Positions 25,946-40,450 of a stretch of DNA of 64,000 bases are shown piece after piece. The notes beneath the pieces were generated by a model. That model made no database searches and was not told the origin of the DNA. It saw nothing but the letters and a program-made list of their open reading frames with translations. A program made the position numbers and the translations under genes. How positions within the stretch are numbered: the first letter of the stretch is position 1; each line of letters starts with the position of its first letter. Source of the stretch: Camelus dromedarius (Eukaryota); contig NC_087437.1 of the NCBI RefSeq assembly GCF_036321535.1, forward strand, positions 102,054,001 to 102,118,000, written 5' to 3'.

Positions 25946-26580
25946 CTTTCTTACATCATCCTAAATGTCTGCAGAAATAAATTTATGCATTAAAAATACA
26001 GATATTTTTAATTCATCAAAAATTTTAAAGACAATATGTTTTTTTTCTAGTTTATTAAATGTTTTATTATTGAAATTTATTAAATATTCTCAACACTAAC
26101 TCAGCCAACTGATCAGAGCATTTCACCTCTTTGCTAATGGTCAGAATACAATAACCACTTAAAACAACACATTCTTTACAAAGTGTAATTTAACATTTTC
26201 AGACTGGTCTTATCTGCTATGTGGAGTCTGTACAGGTGCACGTCACCGTAATTTAATTACATTAGATACTTAACATCTCCTCCAAACTATATTCAAGTTA
26301 TTGGATGGCTTGTACTATGTAATTAAAATTGAAAAATGGAAAATCTATTAATTAGTCATTTTTGATCCAGATCTTCCAAATCTGTGATCAACAGACAGTG
26401 ATGTTACATTACCTTTTCCTTCTTGCTGCTTGCTCCGTCTGTTGTTGTTTTTTTTAACAATAGTTTTCCTTCCTCATATGCTAATGTATAAGAAACCAGT
26501 AATTTTACTATTTAATATACTATTCTAAGTATCATATTTTTAGAATGTGTGCATAAATACAAGAATACACAGACAATATG

Positions 26581-26618
26581 TAGATAGATGGATAAATAGA
26601 TGATGGATAGATGATAGG

Positions 26619-26683
<65 letters not shown>
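26581..26683 (+). repeat. (GATA)n tetranucleotide microsatellite
   Basis: Perfect (GATA)15 at 26621-26680 with degenerate units upstream. Confidence 0.98.
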
Positions 26684-26869
26684 GGGGTTAATATGGCAAA
26701 ATAAAAGATTTTAAAGAAACATAAAATTCAGTAATGTTTCCATGCTGAAAAGTATACTCACAAATAAAGGAGTTGAACGTGATAGGCTTCATTGTCCGTG
26801 ACTTTAAAGAGCATGATCTTCCAGTTTTCTTTTCATTTGCAAACTCCGTTGAGACCTTCCCTTTTGTCA

Positions 26870-28020
26870 ACTCGAGTTTTTATGTTGTGTTTTCTCTCCT
26901 CTAGAGACTGGGTCTTTGTTTCTCTTTTCTCATTTATAAGCTCCCTGGGTGATCTCATTTACTTTCAGTGATTTCAGACCTTACCCATGGGCTGATGACT
27001 ACACAATGTTTGAACCTGAGTTCTGTTAGAGATAAAGAAATGTATATACTTGTAAATATAAATCTCTCACGAGTGCCTCAAAAATAATATATCCAAACCC
27101 TAATTCAGGTTTGAATGACAGAAATAATTAAAGAAACCATGTTTCTCCTAAATTCTCTGTTTCGGGGGAAGGTGACTCCAGATATTCATTTGCCAACAAG
27201 AAACAGTATCAAACTTGGGTATGCCTGTTTCCTCCCCATCTGTATTTGATCAGTCAGAAATCCTGCCAGTGCTGCACATTTAAAGTGCTTGAAATCTCTT
27301 CACTTCTCCCCATCCCACTGCAGCTAACTTAGTTTGCCATAGGCTTTTACCTACCTACTGCAACATCTTTCTACAAGTCATTAACCCGGCTTCTGGTCTT
27401 GCTACTTCCTAATTATTCTCCACACTGCAGCCACAGTAATGTCTCATGGCATTCCCTCTCCTCAGACCTTTTCCATGGCTCCCTATTGTCTTTCAGGATG
27501 ATACGCAACCTTCTTGCCATGCTCTTTAGCATCTGGTTTCTCTTTGTTTCTCTGCTGTATCTGCTTCATCTTTCTAATCGAGCTCCATTCATTCTGGATT
27601 ACTTGTTTCTTCTCCAAAAGTCTATGCTTCCATTTACCTCTGTGTCTTTGCACATTATGTTCTTCTGCTTAGGCATTTTAAAAAAATTGTTTTGGCTTAT
27701 CCAGTTCCCTTTCTATAACCTGTCTAAAATGTCCTAGTTTTTCAAACTTCCCTATATATATATATACATTACTTCTTCTAAAAGATGTTTTCTGATAATT
27801 TATCACAACCTGTGTTGACAATGTCATAGCATGTTAGCAATTGTCTCCTTACTTGTGTATATCTCCATGTTGAGTGTAAATATATGTGTGTGTAACTAAG
27901 ATTAACCATGTTCTTTATAATCTATATTTTAATAGAAAACACTACTTTTTTACATATGCATTAATTAAAGTGATTTTTAAAATATTCCTTAAAATTACTG
28001 TGAATAACAGATGAATGGGG
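26870..28020 (+). mobile_element. L2 3' region
   Basis: 'ctccctgggtgatctcatt', 'gctgatgact', 'cacttctccccatcccactgc', 'ttctccacactgcagccacag', 'ccatggctccctattg'. Confidence 0.8.
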
Positions 28021-28919
28021 TTGAGAAGATTTTTGTCGAAGCTATGTCATACTGTTCTTCGTAAGAGGGAACAAAGTATGAAATTACACACTATAGAAAC
28101 ATTATCATTTACCACTGTAATTACTCTCAGCATAGCAATTGGGTGCATGAGAAAATAACAAATTGTAAGACATGCTCAGTGAATTCAGATTGTGGGAACT
28201 TCATAGCGAAGTTATGGTCTTTCTGACACTGCGCAATGAACTGTATCAGAACTGTGAAATGAAAGAGGTAAAGCAATCTTTCAGGTAGGAGAGTATTTGT
28301 ACTGATAAGAAGCAATAAAATCAAGTTTTAATCTAAATATAACTTTGTCTTCTAACTTTTTCCAAATCCTATTCTTATGGTGTACTTCCTCATTTGTACC
28401 AGTGATTTCTATCATGATTATTTTTGTTCTCAAAAAATTTTCATCCTCACCCAATTGTATGTACATCCAAAGAGAAATAAAGGTAATATATAATCAAATT
28501 AGCTCTTACCTCCAATAAAACAAAGTGAAATACCTCAAAAAAACTAACACATGAAACTGAGGGGATGTATAATGGGTTATACTTTAAAAATTTCTGGGAG
28601 CATCAAATGTGGAATAAGAAGACAAAAAGAGATTTGATGTTTGTGAGAAATGATAAATTCAGATCACACAGATTGTAACCTAACAATCCTTGCAACACAA
28701 ACCAATTATGTGTGTATGTGCAGTGTATGTATCACATAACTGACATCTCAAGTATAATTAAAACAATTGATGGGATATGAGCTAAGTTTTAAACATACTT
28801 AGATTTTATTAAGAGGAATGTGCACTTCATGTCTATTCCAAGTATTTCAAGTTTAAAGGAAACATATGAATGTATTTTTGCTTCACAATTATATATAATT
28901 CAGTTTTCATCATTATTCA

Positions 28920-31580
28920 CATTTACATTTTTAAAGCTTTTTGTGATTTATCTTCAACCAATGAATTAGTAATGTATAATTTCCTATTATTTGATGTTTT
29001 AGATAGTTTATGTTACCTATTTTTAGTTTATTCCTTATGATAAGACAATATACTCTGTATTTTTCAATCTTTTGGAGTTATTGAGAATTGTCCTATGACA
29101 GAAATAATAGTCCATTTTAGTGAGTATTACATGGGCTCTTGAAAAGAGTTTGACTTCTCAGTTGAGTGTGTTTTATAAATGTCAATTTGGTCAAGATAGT
29201 TGATAGTGTATTTCAAGTAGTTTTGGGCTTTTTTGATTTTTGTGTCTAGTTTTATCAAAAGCTGAGAGAAGAAGATTAAAGTTTCCAACTGCGTTTTGAC
29301 TGTCTTTTTTTTTTTTTTTAATTGAATATACTTTGGTTTCTTTTTATGCTCTGCCATTCTGCGTATGTTTATGACTGCTTTGTCTTCATGATGTCTTGGG
29401 TGTGTTATAAATGTCCTTCTTTATTTCTGATCATGCCCTTTCCCTGGAAGTCTTGTATCTGACAGTAATGTACCCATTTCATTCTCCTTATGCATACCCT
29501 CTGCATGGTGGAACTCATTCTGTCCTTTTACTTTCATCCTGTCTGTGTTTTATGTTTAAAATATGTCTCTTGCAGATGCCATATACTTAGATTTTACCAT
29601 TTTGTTCATTTTTTAAAAATTCTTTGTCTCTTAATAGGAGTATTTAGTCCATTATCATTTAAAGTAATTTAAAGTATCAATCCATTTGGCTGGATTATGT
29701 CTAACATTTTCTTTTTCTTTTTCACCTCCCTGCTTTTAGTGTCATTTTTCTTCTTTCCCTGCCTTCATTTGAATAACTGGATGTTTAATTAGAATTACCT
29801 CTTGGCATTTTAGTACTTATCTATTTGTGATATTTTAGTTGTTGCTTTGGGATTATAATACATGTTTATAACTTTTCATTATCTACTTTAATGAGTTAAT
29901 ATTGTAAAACTTCATGTAAAAGGTAGAAAATGTACAACATTGTGGGACCATTTATCACCTCTGCCATTCTTTGTACCAATGTTATCTTATGTATTAAGCC
30001 CCCATTCATCATAAACCTCACAAAACAATGTTGTGATTCTTATTTTAAACAAGTCATTATTAAGAAATCTATAGGACAGACATAACTTTTATTTTTATTC
30101 CTATTATTTTATTCCTATACATTTTACATTTCCTGTGCTCTTCATCCTCTCCTGAAAATCCAATTGCCATTTTGTATAATTTCTCTTTTGCTTGAGATAA
30201 TTCTTTTATTAATTTTAATTATGAAAATTTAATTTGCTTATATTTGAAAATGTCTATTTCACCTACATTTTTCAAGGCTATGGTCACTGTATGTAGGATT
30301 GTATTTTATTGTTTTGTTTTGATTTGATATTGGTTGTTTTGTTCTTTCCTCTTTAGCAGTATATAGAGATCATTCTATTGTCTTCTGGTATCCACTGTTT
30401 CTGATAAAATTGACCAATTATCCATATTACTCTTGCCCTGTATACACTGGATTGTCTTCCTCTGCCCCCTTTCAAGATACTATCTTTGTTTTTTGAGTTT
30501 CAGAAATTTGCCTGTAATGTGCTTGGTGTAATTTTCTTTCTTATTGATTACGCTCCTCTGATCTCCTTCATGGTCTAAATTTAAATCCTTCAGTAATGGG
30601 ATACATACTGGATAATATTTCTTAAAATCTTTCTCTGAATGTTTTATTTCTCTTGCTCTTCTAGGTCTCCAATTACAACTGTGTTCAGTATTTTTATATT
30701 GCCTCACAAGTCCCTGATATTCTGTATATTATTTTTTTCCAATCTTATTTATTTTTATCCTTCAGATTGAATAACTATTTCAGTGTTCTGTTTTCTATCC
30801 CTCACTTATTTTCCTGTCGTCTCCAATCATACGTTACGTTCTTCCACTGATTTTTGTTGTAATTTCTTATATTATATATTTCCATTCTTTAATTTTTATT
30901 TTTCCTGTGTAGCAAACATTTTCTGTTATCTCCTTGAGCAAGGATATAATAGTCTCTAGTGTATTAATTCCAATATCTGAGTCACTTCTGTGTTGGTCTC
31001 CATTTATTGCTCTTTTTCTTCAGTGTGGGTCACATTTGCTGTTTCCTCATATGCCTGGTAATTTTGGATTCTATCCTAGATATTATGAATTATACAGTTT
31101 GGAGAATTTGTATTCCGTATGTTTCCCAAAGATAATAGGCTGTACTCAGCCTCAAAAGTAAAATCATCAGGTCAGTTATTTTAGCCTGACTTCTGCTGCT
31201 TTGAATGTGTCTGTGCGCACATACTTCAGCCAGAGAATTTTGGCAGGGTCTATACAAAGAAATGGATTCTCTCTACAGTTCTCTCCTTTCCAAGATTTGT
31301 CCTTTCCGTATATATTCCAAACTCTTTGAAGACTTAGTTCCTCAAAGAAGACTTAAAGGTTATCTATTTGGGATTTGACTAGCCCACAGAATAGTTAGAG
31401 CCTGCCTTTGGGTAAAAACCTGTACAAATTAGTTACTCATCTAGTATTTTTTTCCTAAAAAAGGACAACACTTCTCCAATATCTGCTGCTTTTGTTCACT
31501 CTCCAATGATGTCAATTTATTGTATTTCTCAGGACTTATAATTATCTGCAGGAGGACTGGTTGCTTTAAAAGCAGCTACT
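28920..31580 (-). mobile_element. Old L1 (ORF2 start, inter-ORF, ORF1 and 5' region)
   Basis: T-rich antisense L1 with 'ggagtatttagtccatt', 'gaaaatgtctatttcacctacattt', 'cattctattgtcttctgg', 'ggtctccaattaca'; ORF-track 30480-30707 resembles a degraded ORF1 piece. Confidence 0.82.
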
Positions 31581-32524
31581 CAACCATCACCCTGAAAATG
31601 CATCTTTAACTATATGACAGTGATTTTTTTTCCTCAAAATTTTCAAAAATAGTTGATTTGCTTGTATGTCTTCCATATTCTTAACTTGTTATTCTATACA
31701 CACACTTGGAATTCTATCTTATCACTCTCAATATCCTATTTTGGGGTTGACAGTGTTTATTGAATATCTTGGTAATAATTGGCCAGAGTATCCTGAACTT
31801 GCAGTATTTTAATCTCATTTTATTGGAACCCTGTAAGCATAACACAATACAGATATGATTGCATTTTTCCCTTTCTCCATCAACTTATGTTGTAAAATCC
31901 AACTGCTTCAAGGTGAAGCTTTTGCTATAATATTTATGAAAGGCATATTATTGCAGAGTCTGTTACAAGAAAGGATGGAGCTGGACCACAGATTTTGATA
32001 TATAAATTTTACCACCTAAGGCTGTTCTTTAAACTCCAGGACTGACTAAAGTAATGTGATCATTATTTCAAAAACATACTTACCGTTTTCTGTAAGTATT
32101 TTCTAGGAAGCCAGGACCAAGACATATGAGAATACCTGCATTCATACACATATCTACGTGATAGTATGTATTTGATAGTCTTAATAGTGTTTATTTTGCG
32201 ATTTGGTAAGAAGCATTCAAAATTTGATGAGCGGATGTTTTCCCTGTTGGCTATGATCAGCCAAAGAGCTCCTTTAAGAGACTATCATGAAAATCATTTA
32301 GCTCTCATGTGTGGTATAAAATGTGATAGTTTGCCAAATACAGGAAAATTTTTGGAAAGGAAAAGGAAGAGTAGGCAAACAAAATGTTAAAGATTTCTTG
32401 TTAGTTACAATTTTGGAACAGGACTTTTCTGTGGCTGCTAGATCACCGTGGACTTTTTGTGTGATCTAATTGCTCCCATGACTATATATATTCATTTAAT
32501 CTTCAAAACTACACTGTGAAGATG

Positions 32525-34120
32525 GACTTCGGCAGGAATTATGAGTGTGAGGAGCTTCATGGATTAACACCCCAGAGAAACAACCTTAATTGGTGGAAAA
32601 GAATTGTAAAGTCCCTGGAAACTTCCTGGGGAGATGAAACAAATTAATATGCATTCTTAGTAAAAACCTCCTAAATCTTGGTAAGAAGAGGAAGTTTATG
32701 ACACTTGAGCCGTATTCATCACTGCCTCCCTTACTCACCCTCCCCTTCAGCATGATGGAAGCCCCATTCTAGGTGCTTGTGGTCCCCAAAATGAGATGCT
32801 CTCTCACCACAGCTGCTAGTAAGGAGGAGCAAAAAGCCTGTTTTCTTTCTTCCAGCTTTTGGCAAAAAGATTAAATTTTAGGCAGATGCAGCTGAGAAGT
32901 CTGGGGCTCTGTTATTGCACCAGCCCCCTGGATTAGGGTCAAATCTCTACATAAGGCATGGCAGACTGAGAACACTGGGGTGCAGACTCTCCCCACCCCA
33001 GCTCACTCATGAGAGGGTGATTCCATACCAGGATGAGAGGCTACCACCCTTGCTCAGCACCATGCTTGTAAAGCCGAGATTTCACACGGACAGAAGCAGG
33101 CCACTGTACCTACCCTCACCTCTGGAGAATAGCCCAGAGATGTTGCCCGGGAGCAGAGGCAAGCCATAAGAACAAAAAGCTTCAGTACTCTCCCCGAGTT
33201 AATTAATTTTTAAATAATTATTTGGAATATATTGTGAGAAAGTTCAAGTCTTAAAGTGCTCTTGAAGCAACGGAGATTTAGGTAGTAAACTATCATGAGG
33301 GGCCTGGCAGCTCTATGGAGCACCTGGCTTCCTCAAGGCAGGTAGTTTACTACAGAGAGTAGTAAATTAGAGAGAACCAGTAGTATTAGAGAGAACCAGA
33401 GACAGAAACAGCCATGGAGTTAGAACAAACCTCAAAGTCCAGCCTCAAAATCTACACTGCAAAGGAGTCAGCGTTTATTTGGTCCAGACACTGGAGCAAT
33501 TTATACACTAGGCATTTTTTAATGTTTTAAAACAGTAGAGAAAACCACCTGCAGTTTGTGGAACCTAACTGCTGCGTATGATGCAAACAACTTGACGAGA
33601 GGGAACAGGGAAAGAGACAGTCAAAGAGAGTTCTGCTAAAACCCCTGATACCCAGGGGGGCAAAGGAAACAAATGAAGAGAGCCGGAAATTATAAATAAG
33701 AAGGTTAATAAAACAAACTCAGTAGATATACATTTGCTTTTTTTTCTTACTTGATTTTTAAGTAAAATTTTATAAATTAATCATTGTAGCCATAAATTTC
33801 TAGATTTGCAATGATAGCACAACAAAAGGAAAGAAGGGTAGAGTGTAATGTTTCTGTATTTCAGCATCTCACTAGAATTAAATTAGTACAAATCTGAAGT
33901 ACATTCTAATTAGTTAAGATGTATATTATGAACCCCATACCAACCAGTAAGGAAATAACTCAAGAAGATATAATAGAAAAAGTAATTAAGGCATAAAGAT
34001 GTTACACTAGAAAATATTCCCTAATGCTAAGGAAAGTGGTCAAGAAGAACAGATGAGCAAAAATAAGATACAGGATATATCGGGGAAAAAGTCAATCAGC
34101 ATTTAAAGCTTACTCATAAT
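32525..34120 (+). mobile_element. Old L1 5' end (L1MC/MD-type) joined to inter-ORF region
   Basis: GC-richer 5'-UTR-like block, then 'taagttaagatgtata'-like and 'gaaagtggtcaagaagaacagatgagcaaaa' inter-ORF motifs. Confidence 0.65.
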
Positions 34121-34879
34121 ATATATAATGATTATAAAAAAGAAGATCAATAACTAAGTTCGTAATAAGAATATATTTTATCTGACTGGCATTGTTAAAT
34201 AATGCAGTTTAATATTTTGAAATGGGGAGTAATATTTCAGGTTTCTAGTTTCTCCATTTTATTCTGTTAAATATTTAAATTACCTGTTTATCTCTGTAGA
34301 CAACAGAGTTTGTAATCCTTGGTCATATAACTTAAAATTTAAACTCCTAGTATGGTAAGCAAGTCCACTTCATAACCCAATTGTTTAGGTTAATCATTTA
34401 GTCTAACTTTTCAGCTGAGTATTACTATACCCCTCATTTTTTTTCCATTACAAATCATAAAAACTATTTGATTGATTATAAGTCATTCTTTATGATGATA
34501 ATGCATAGATCTTAGAAATAAGAAAGATGATGAACATTCAGTTTATTAGAAACAGAACTAGGGCAGAAACAAGGACCTTGAAAGCAGAACTTTGTGCATC
34601 AGATCTTCAGCAGTCTACCACCAGATGGTTCAACCAAGTCCCTGGACTTCTTTTAAATTTCAAATTTCTGAGAGATAGTCTGATGGAATTAGCATGCCTC
34701 AAATCATCACTGAGCCAAGGTAAGGGCAACTGGGTATGGTAAATACTGGCCCTATCACAGTTAAAATTGGCAGAGAAATGGGTGTCTGTTGGAGGACTGG
34801 GGCAATGTTACCGACTACAACGACTTCTACTGCTACTACTTCTACTTGCAGTTGCCTACTTGCTTGCTTTTTTAAAAAC

Positions 34880-35870
34880 TATGTCTCTGACACTACCTCT
34901 GTTGTGTCTTCTGCCCACAGTCATCTTCAACCCTCACATTTCACTGTCTTCGTTGATTGGTAAATCTTACTTGTTAATGGAACTCAGGTTGCTCACTGCT
35001 CGAAAATCAATTCTCAAGAGAGGCAAATGTTGGTAGAAGGGAAAGTTGCTTTTAATCAGAATGCTGGCAATCTGGGGAGATGGCGGACTCAGCGCCTGCT
35101 CCCAAAACCTTCAGAATCTCTAAAGGTTGTGCTCAGCCATGGAAGCTTTAAAGGGAAAAGGGAAGTAATCTCAGTTAATCATTGAAGTAGCGGGTCAGAG
35201 TCGTCATCATCCCCCAGAGCGTGCAGTCTTGTCCACTTCTCCTGATCTTTTCTTTAGATGCTATCTTGTTCACAGTTTGTTCGCACAGTCCATTTGCAAG
35301 ATTACTGAAGGGGAAGCTCAGGAAGAGACCTCGTCATCTGTTAATTACTTATTCTCCATTTCAACTTCTTTGATCTGTGGAAGAGAACAACAGGTTAGGC
35401 AGGATTTTGTGTGATCAAAAGGTTTGAAAGGTGTGCTGGAGCCAGAGTTGAGCAGAGCACTGGGGGCGTCTTGGTTTAAGCTTAGTAACAAGATGAAAAG
35501 AGCTTCCTGCAGAGAACTTTCCTGCAAAGAGCTGTTTCCTGCCAAAAGCTGCCTGCATACTTACCAAAAATTCCACACATCTCAAGAAATGAGTTAGGTC
35601 ATAACCTTATGACTCCACAGACCTCAGCAATGCTATCTCCAACGTAATATTTAGCACACTCTATTTTAACAACCTACTCAGTTAACCAGTTAAATTTTTT
35701 TGGAACCATTTTACCAAAAAAAAAAAAATTTAATTTGTAACCAATTACAAATGTGTGATTCGACTATAAACTCATTAGGGCTAGAGAAGCATATGCCTTT
35801 TATCTGTGCATTCCCAGTGTCATGCATAAAAATTGTTCAACAGAACTCTAATTAAATAAATGAATGGAAC
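34880..35870 (+). mobile_element. L2 3' end split by the solo LTR
   Basis: 'ctataaactcattagggctagaga...tatctgtgcattcccagtgtc...aataaatgaatggaa'. Confidence 0.55.
34972..35557 (-). mobile_element. Intact ERV1-type solo LTR (586 bp)
   Basis: TG...CA termini with a perfect 4-bp TSD TACT (34968-34971 / 35558-35561); minus-strand TTTAAA (35147-35152) and ATTAAA (35051-35056). Confidence 0.9.
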
Positions 35871-36058
35871 AGAAGACTCTGAAGATTAATTTAAACTTAC
35901 TTTAATTTCAACAGAAGACAATTATTTTTTCATGTAGAAACACCACAAACAGTTGTTTGGGGAGAACAATCACAAACTTTTCTAAAAAGAATATCAAAGA
36001 TGGGGTTATAATCAAAAGACTTAAGTTTAGCATTCCAACATTGGCATTTATTAGCTGT

Positions 36059-36078
36059 ATGTGTGTGTGTGTGTGTGT
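36059..36078 (+). repeat. Short (TG)n
   Basis: Read directly. Confidence 0.9.
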
Positions 36079-36699
36079 TTTAAACAAACTGCTAATTACC
36101 AGAATACTTCAAGAGCCATATTCCACAGTGATTAAACTTTCTGAATATCATGCTGTATACCGTGGGTTTATCTTAGAACCCGCATTTCTTTGTCCAGTGT
36201 AGAAATGAGATCCATGTCTTGTAGCCTGTAACTGTCATCCCTTGTCTCCAGAGAGAGCCCTGTCCCCACTCTGTCTCGTACACTATTACCATCTAACAGA
36301 GACCAGCACTCTCTTGCTAAACCACATACCCAAGCTTCTCTACTCATTTCTGTGTTTCTGCACACTCTCTTCAGGCAGAAGATTTACACATCTTGTTCCC
36401 TTCATTCAAAACACTCCTATTATTCTCCTCTGCCATGATTTAATTAATTACTACTCTTAATCCATATCTCCACTCAGTATCTCCACTGTAAGCTTCTTTG
36501 ACCTTCTCCATTAATCAATTATTTCGAATATTCACTCTCATAGTATTAGACACACCTCCTTTCATGAGTTTTTAACTTCTCTTTGCATAATCTTTTAACT
36601 GTTACCTATTTATCTCATTTAATTTTATGTCTTGCTGTGCCAAATACTACAGGATTTTGTCACCAAGACATAGGGAGGTACTAACACCACATTTCATCT

Positions 36700-37100
36700 T
36701 TTTACTCCATTCAAAACTCACATCATTATATTATTCACAGAGATCACTAGTGCCCCACCAAAAAGTTTTCTTTCTGTTTCTCAAATGCAAATCACTATTT
36801 CTGACTCAGGTCATCTATAAATGACGTTCTCGCTACTAAAACCCTCTTCCTTATAGATCGTTCTTATTCTTTTTTTCTCTAAATAAATGGTGCCTTCCCA
36901 GTTGTTGTCTCCCTTAACCCCTTGCATCGCCTCAGTATCCTATATCATTACAGATTATTATTTTATTTTTTGTTTAGTAATACCACAATTCTCTCCTGCC
37001 ACACTAGTATATAATCTACATGCAGAAATGCTCTTGTGTCTTATTTATTACTATATCCTCTGTTCAATGATACCTTCACAATAGATTATTAAGTGAATGA
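36700..37100 (+). mobile_element. L2 3' end
   Basis: 'cactagtatataatctacatg...tgtgtcttatttattactatatcctc...aagtgaatga'. Confidence 0.55.
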
Positions 37101-37729
37101 TTTAATGCATCAGCTGACAGGCAGTGGCAGGACATTATCTCTGTCTTGTGCTCACACTGAGCCCAATGTCTTCTGAAATTTCTTCCCTTGCTTTCAATGC
37201 AAAATACAGCTCCTCGTCCTGGATATCTTGTTAACAAATTAGTATTTGCTCTGGAACTTTAATCTTCTTGCATAGATTTTTACCTTTTATCCGCCTGACT
37301 TATTCATAACAATATCAATTTCCCTGAAAATGTTTCATCACCTGTCCTATAAAGTTATTGTAAGTCTTCAATTAAATTAGACCTATAAAAACTTTGTAAA
37401 TAAAAGGCATTTTGAAGATATGTAGTAATTAGGTTGCCTACTGACAATGAAAATGCCTTTAGCTGAAATTGTGAAATGCTCTACCTCTGGACATAGTAGA
37501 AATTAAAAACATGAAGGCTGCTGAATCCTAGAGTTACATACATTCGCTAGTGGGTAGTTTTCCCAGCAATTTTTCCAAAAATTTATCTGTCACCACTATT
37601 CAATGATCAGGCCACGTTTATCTTGCAGTGTAAGACATGTGCATATAGTTACATAGACAAATAAATAAAAGACAAAGTAATACTATGTAATACTAAGTCT
37701 CAGATTTTTCACAGTGAGCTATAATTATC

Positions 37730-38044
37730 TGTCATAGTTTGTTCAGGCTACTATAGCAAAATACCACAGAATAGGTAGCTTGTAAACTACAGAAATTTAT
37801 TTCTCACAGTTCTGAAAGCTAGAAGTCTGAGATCAGGGTGCCAACATCGGCAGGTTGGGTCACAGACTTCTTGTTGTATCCTCATATAGCAGAAGGGGCG
37901 AGAGATTTCTTTGGAATCTCTTTTATGAGGGCACTAATCCCCATAGGGCATCTTTCAAAGGCACCACATTCTAATACCATCATATTACACATTAGGATTC
38001 CAACATATGAATTTTGAGGGGACACAAACTTTCAGACCGTGACA
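37730..38044 (-). mobile_element. MaLR solo LTR (MLT1A0-like)
   Basis: TG...CA; 'cagaaatttatttctcacagttctg', 'gggcactaatcccca', 'caacatatgaattttgaggggacaca'; 5-bp TSD ttatc/ttata. Confidence 0.9.
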
Positions 38045-40234
38045 TTATATTTCAGTAAATATGATTGCTAACTCAAAGAAAATAAATATTTTGTTAAATT
38101 CAAGACTAGATTTCAGTATTTCATTGAAGAGTAAACAATTCTTTTATGTTGAAACTAACTCTTTTGTCTTCAATAGAGAGCAACATTGCAAGTTACGAAG
38201 AGTCATTTTGATGAACAAAAACCAGTTTCTCTTTAGACACACAGTCCCACGAGATAAAATTTAAGAAAAATAAAATAAATGATACATTGTATCTTATTTA
38301 AGTACAATAGTGCTGACTGACATAGTAATAAAAGTTTTACTTTTCTATTTGCATGCTGATTATTTGTCTACAAAGTGGACGCTCACTGTAGTCTTAATCA
38401 ATAGACCGAAACAACAGAATTTGTTAATAAACATATGTAAATTAAATGTCCTTGTGTTTTGTCCAATAACATAGATGTAAAATGCTTCTTATAGTAAATT
38501 CTATCCTAACAATTTGCTGATTTTACCCAAACCCAAGTTACTAGTCAACTGAAAATTTTCCTGTGTAATTATGCTTTTGCTTCCAGATTTTAGTTATCAA
38601 TTATCTATTGATTATTGATTTTTAATTATAACATGACTCAAATTTTGAATTATAAACATAAAAAACAGTTTGTCAAATTATAAGGAAAAATGGACATTAT
38701 GAAACCATAAAGGAATCCCTCAGAACTTTTGTCTGCAATAAAAAGTTCGAATCATAGACCTTTGTGTAACTAGAAAACAATGACAAGAAGATAAATATTA
38801 GGAAGCAATGCTTTGGCACTAGAACTTTGCTTAAAGATGCAAATAGCATGTTTGAAATGAATAAAGTAATTTCTGCAATAAATTGTTTATTGTTAATTAG
38901 CTACATATGGGCATAAAACAATCTGGAAAAACCTGGATTAATCATATTATCTATGAGAATAGTTACAAAATACATATTTATATAATTATCTATACATACT
39001 ACATAATAAAATGACAATATTCTAATAGAATTATAGAAAAAGTGAAAAGTTGTACGGTTCACTTTATTATTCTCTTCTTTAGTTACAATTCAAATTGTTT
39101 TTCAGGGAAAATCATGAAAAACAACAGAATATCACAAATTTATCACCATTCAGAGAAAAGTTGTCATGCTTTTTTCCTTAAAAATTAAGTATATGTACTT
39201 TGAAACACAATTCAAATATTGTATAAGTATTGCAATATACTCTGTATTACAAACTCAATTTTTATACTAAAATCATAGTGAAATGAAATTCTAGATATAA
39301 TTATGTTGACATAAGCAATATAAAAATCATACCAAGTATCTAATGCTGGCATAAACATTATGTTCATAAATGCTTAGACAAGTAAAATGAGAATGACTAT
39401 TCAAAATAATAAATGACACAGAAAATCTAGGAAAGCTAGCTGAGAATATGAAATAACATTTATTGTTAAATTTTATTTTCATCTATCTCTGAGAATGTGG
39501 AACTGGATGTTCATCCAAAAAGACTCTACCAGCAATGCTAACAATTGTTTATCCAGTAGTTAAAAAGATTCTCTCCTACCAAATATTTCACAAAGACTCC
39601 TTATATCTGCAAAAAGAGACTGTGATTATCCTCTGTCATTTCTTGTCCTACAGTTTGAAGTTACTTCATGAAATTGCCAAGACATAAAAAGCCAAGTTTA
39701 ATAACCCAGAAACGTGGAAGTGGTTAAAGTATGTAACTTAACCGTAAACTGTACAGAACGTGGGAAACAGTATGAAGTCCAGTAGGAAGAATTTAAAAAA
39801 TTAGATCATGTGCTTGTGTCTAAAGTAAATTAGATGAAATTAGCATTTAAAACTATGAAAGAAATACGGATTAATAATTTTGTTTGTTTTAAAATTTATT
39901 CAAAAAGTAATAATCCAAAATTCATAGACTATCCATGATAGGCTAATATAATGCATGTTACTCAACTTATGTTCCATAGAGCATTGAGTGCTTATTAAAG
40001 GTCAGCTGCAAAAACAGGTAAAAAAATAACAAGTCAGTGGTTCAAAATCATATCTAGTACATTGCAGTAACATTTGTTTTGCATATGGGACCAAAACATC
40101 ATATTTTTAAAGAATGTCCTTCACCACAGAGAGTCTGAGATGTGCTGAGACACACCAAATGATGGCAGCCTTAGCAAGAACTAAAAATAAGGGATGAGAT
40201 GAGGAGGGGTTGAAATACTACACTCATAAAAATA

Positions 40235-40450
40235 TATTTATTATTATTTTTACAATATGCAGTCATTGTGCTAAGAAATTTACGAGGATTTATATTTTTA
40301 TTCTCATAACAATAATTTAGAAAGTATTATTGTAATTTATATATGCAAAAACTGAGGTGCCAAAACATTAAATAACTTAATACATATAATAGAGAGAGAA
40401 CAAAAAATTGAATCCAGATCTAGAGCAAAATCTGGTAATCACTTTTCTGT
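40235..40450 (-). mobile_element. MIR
   Basis: 'cattgtgctaag...ttctcataacaa...atgcaaaaactgagg...ttaaataactt'. Confidence 0.65.
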
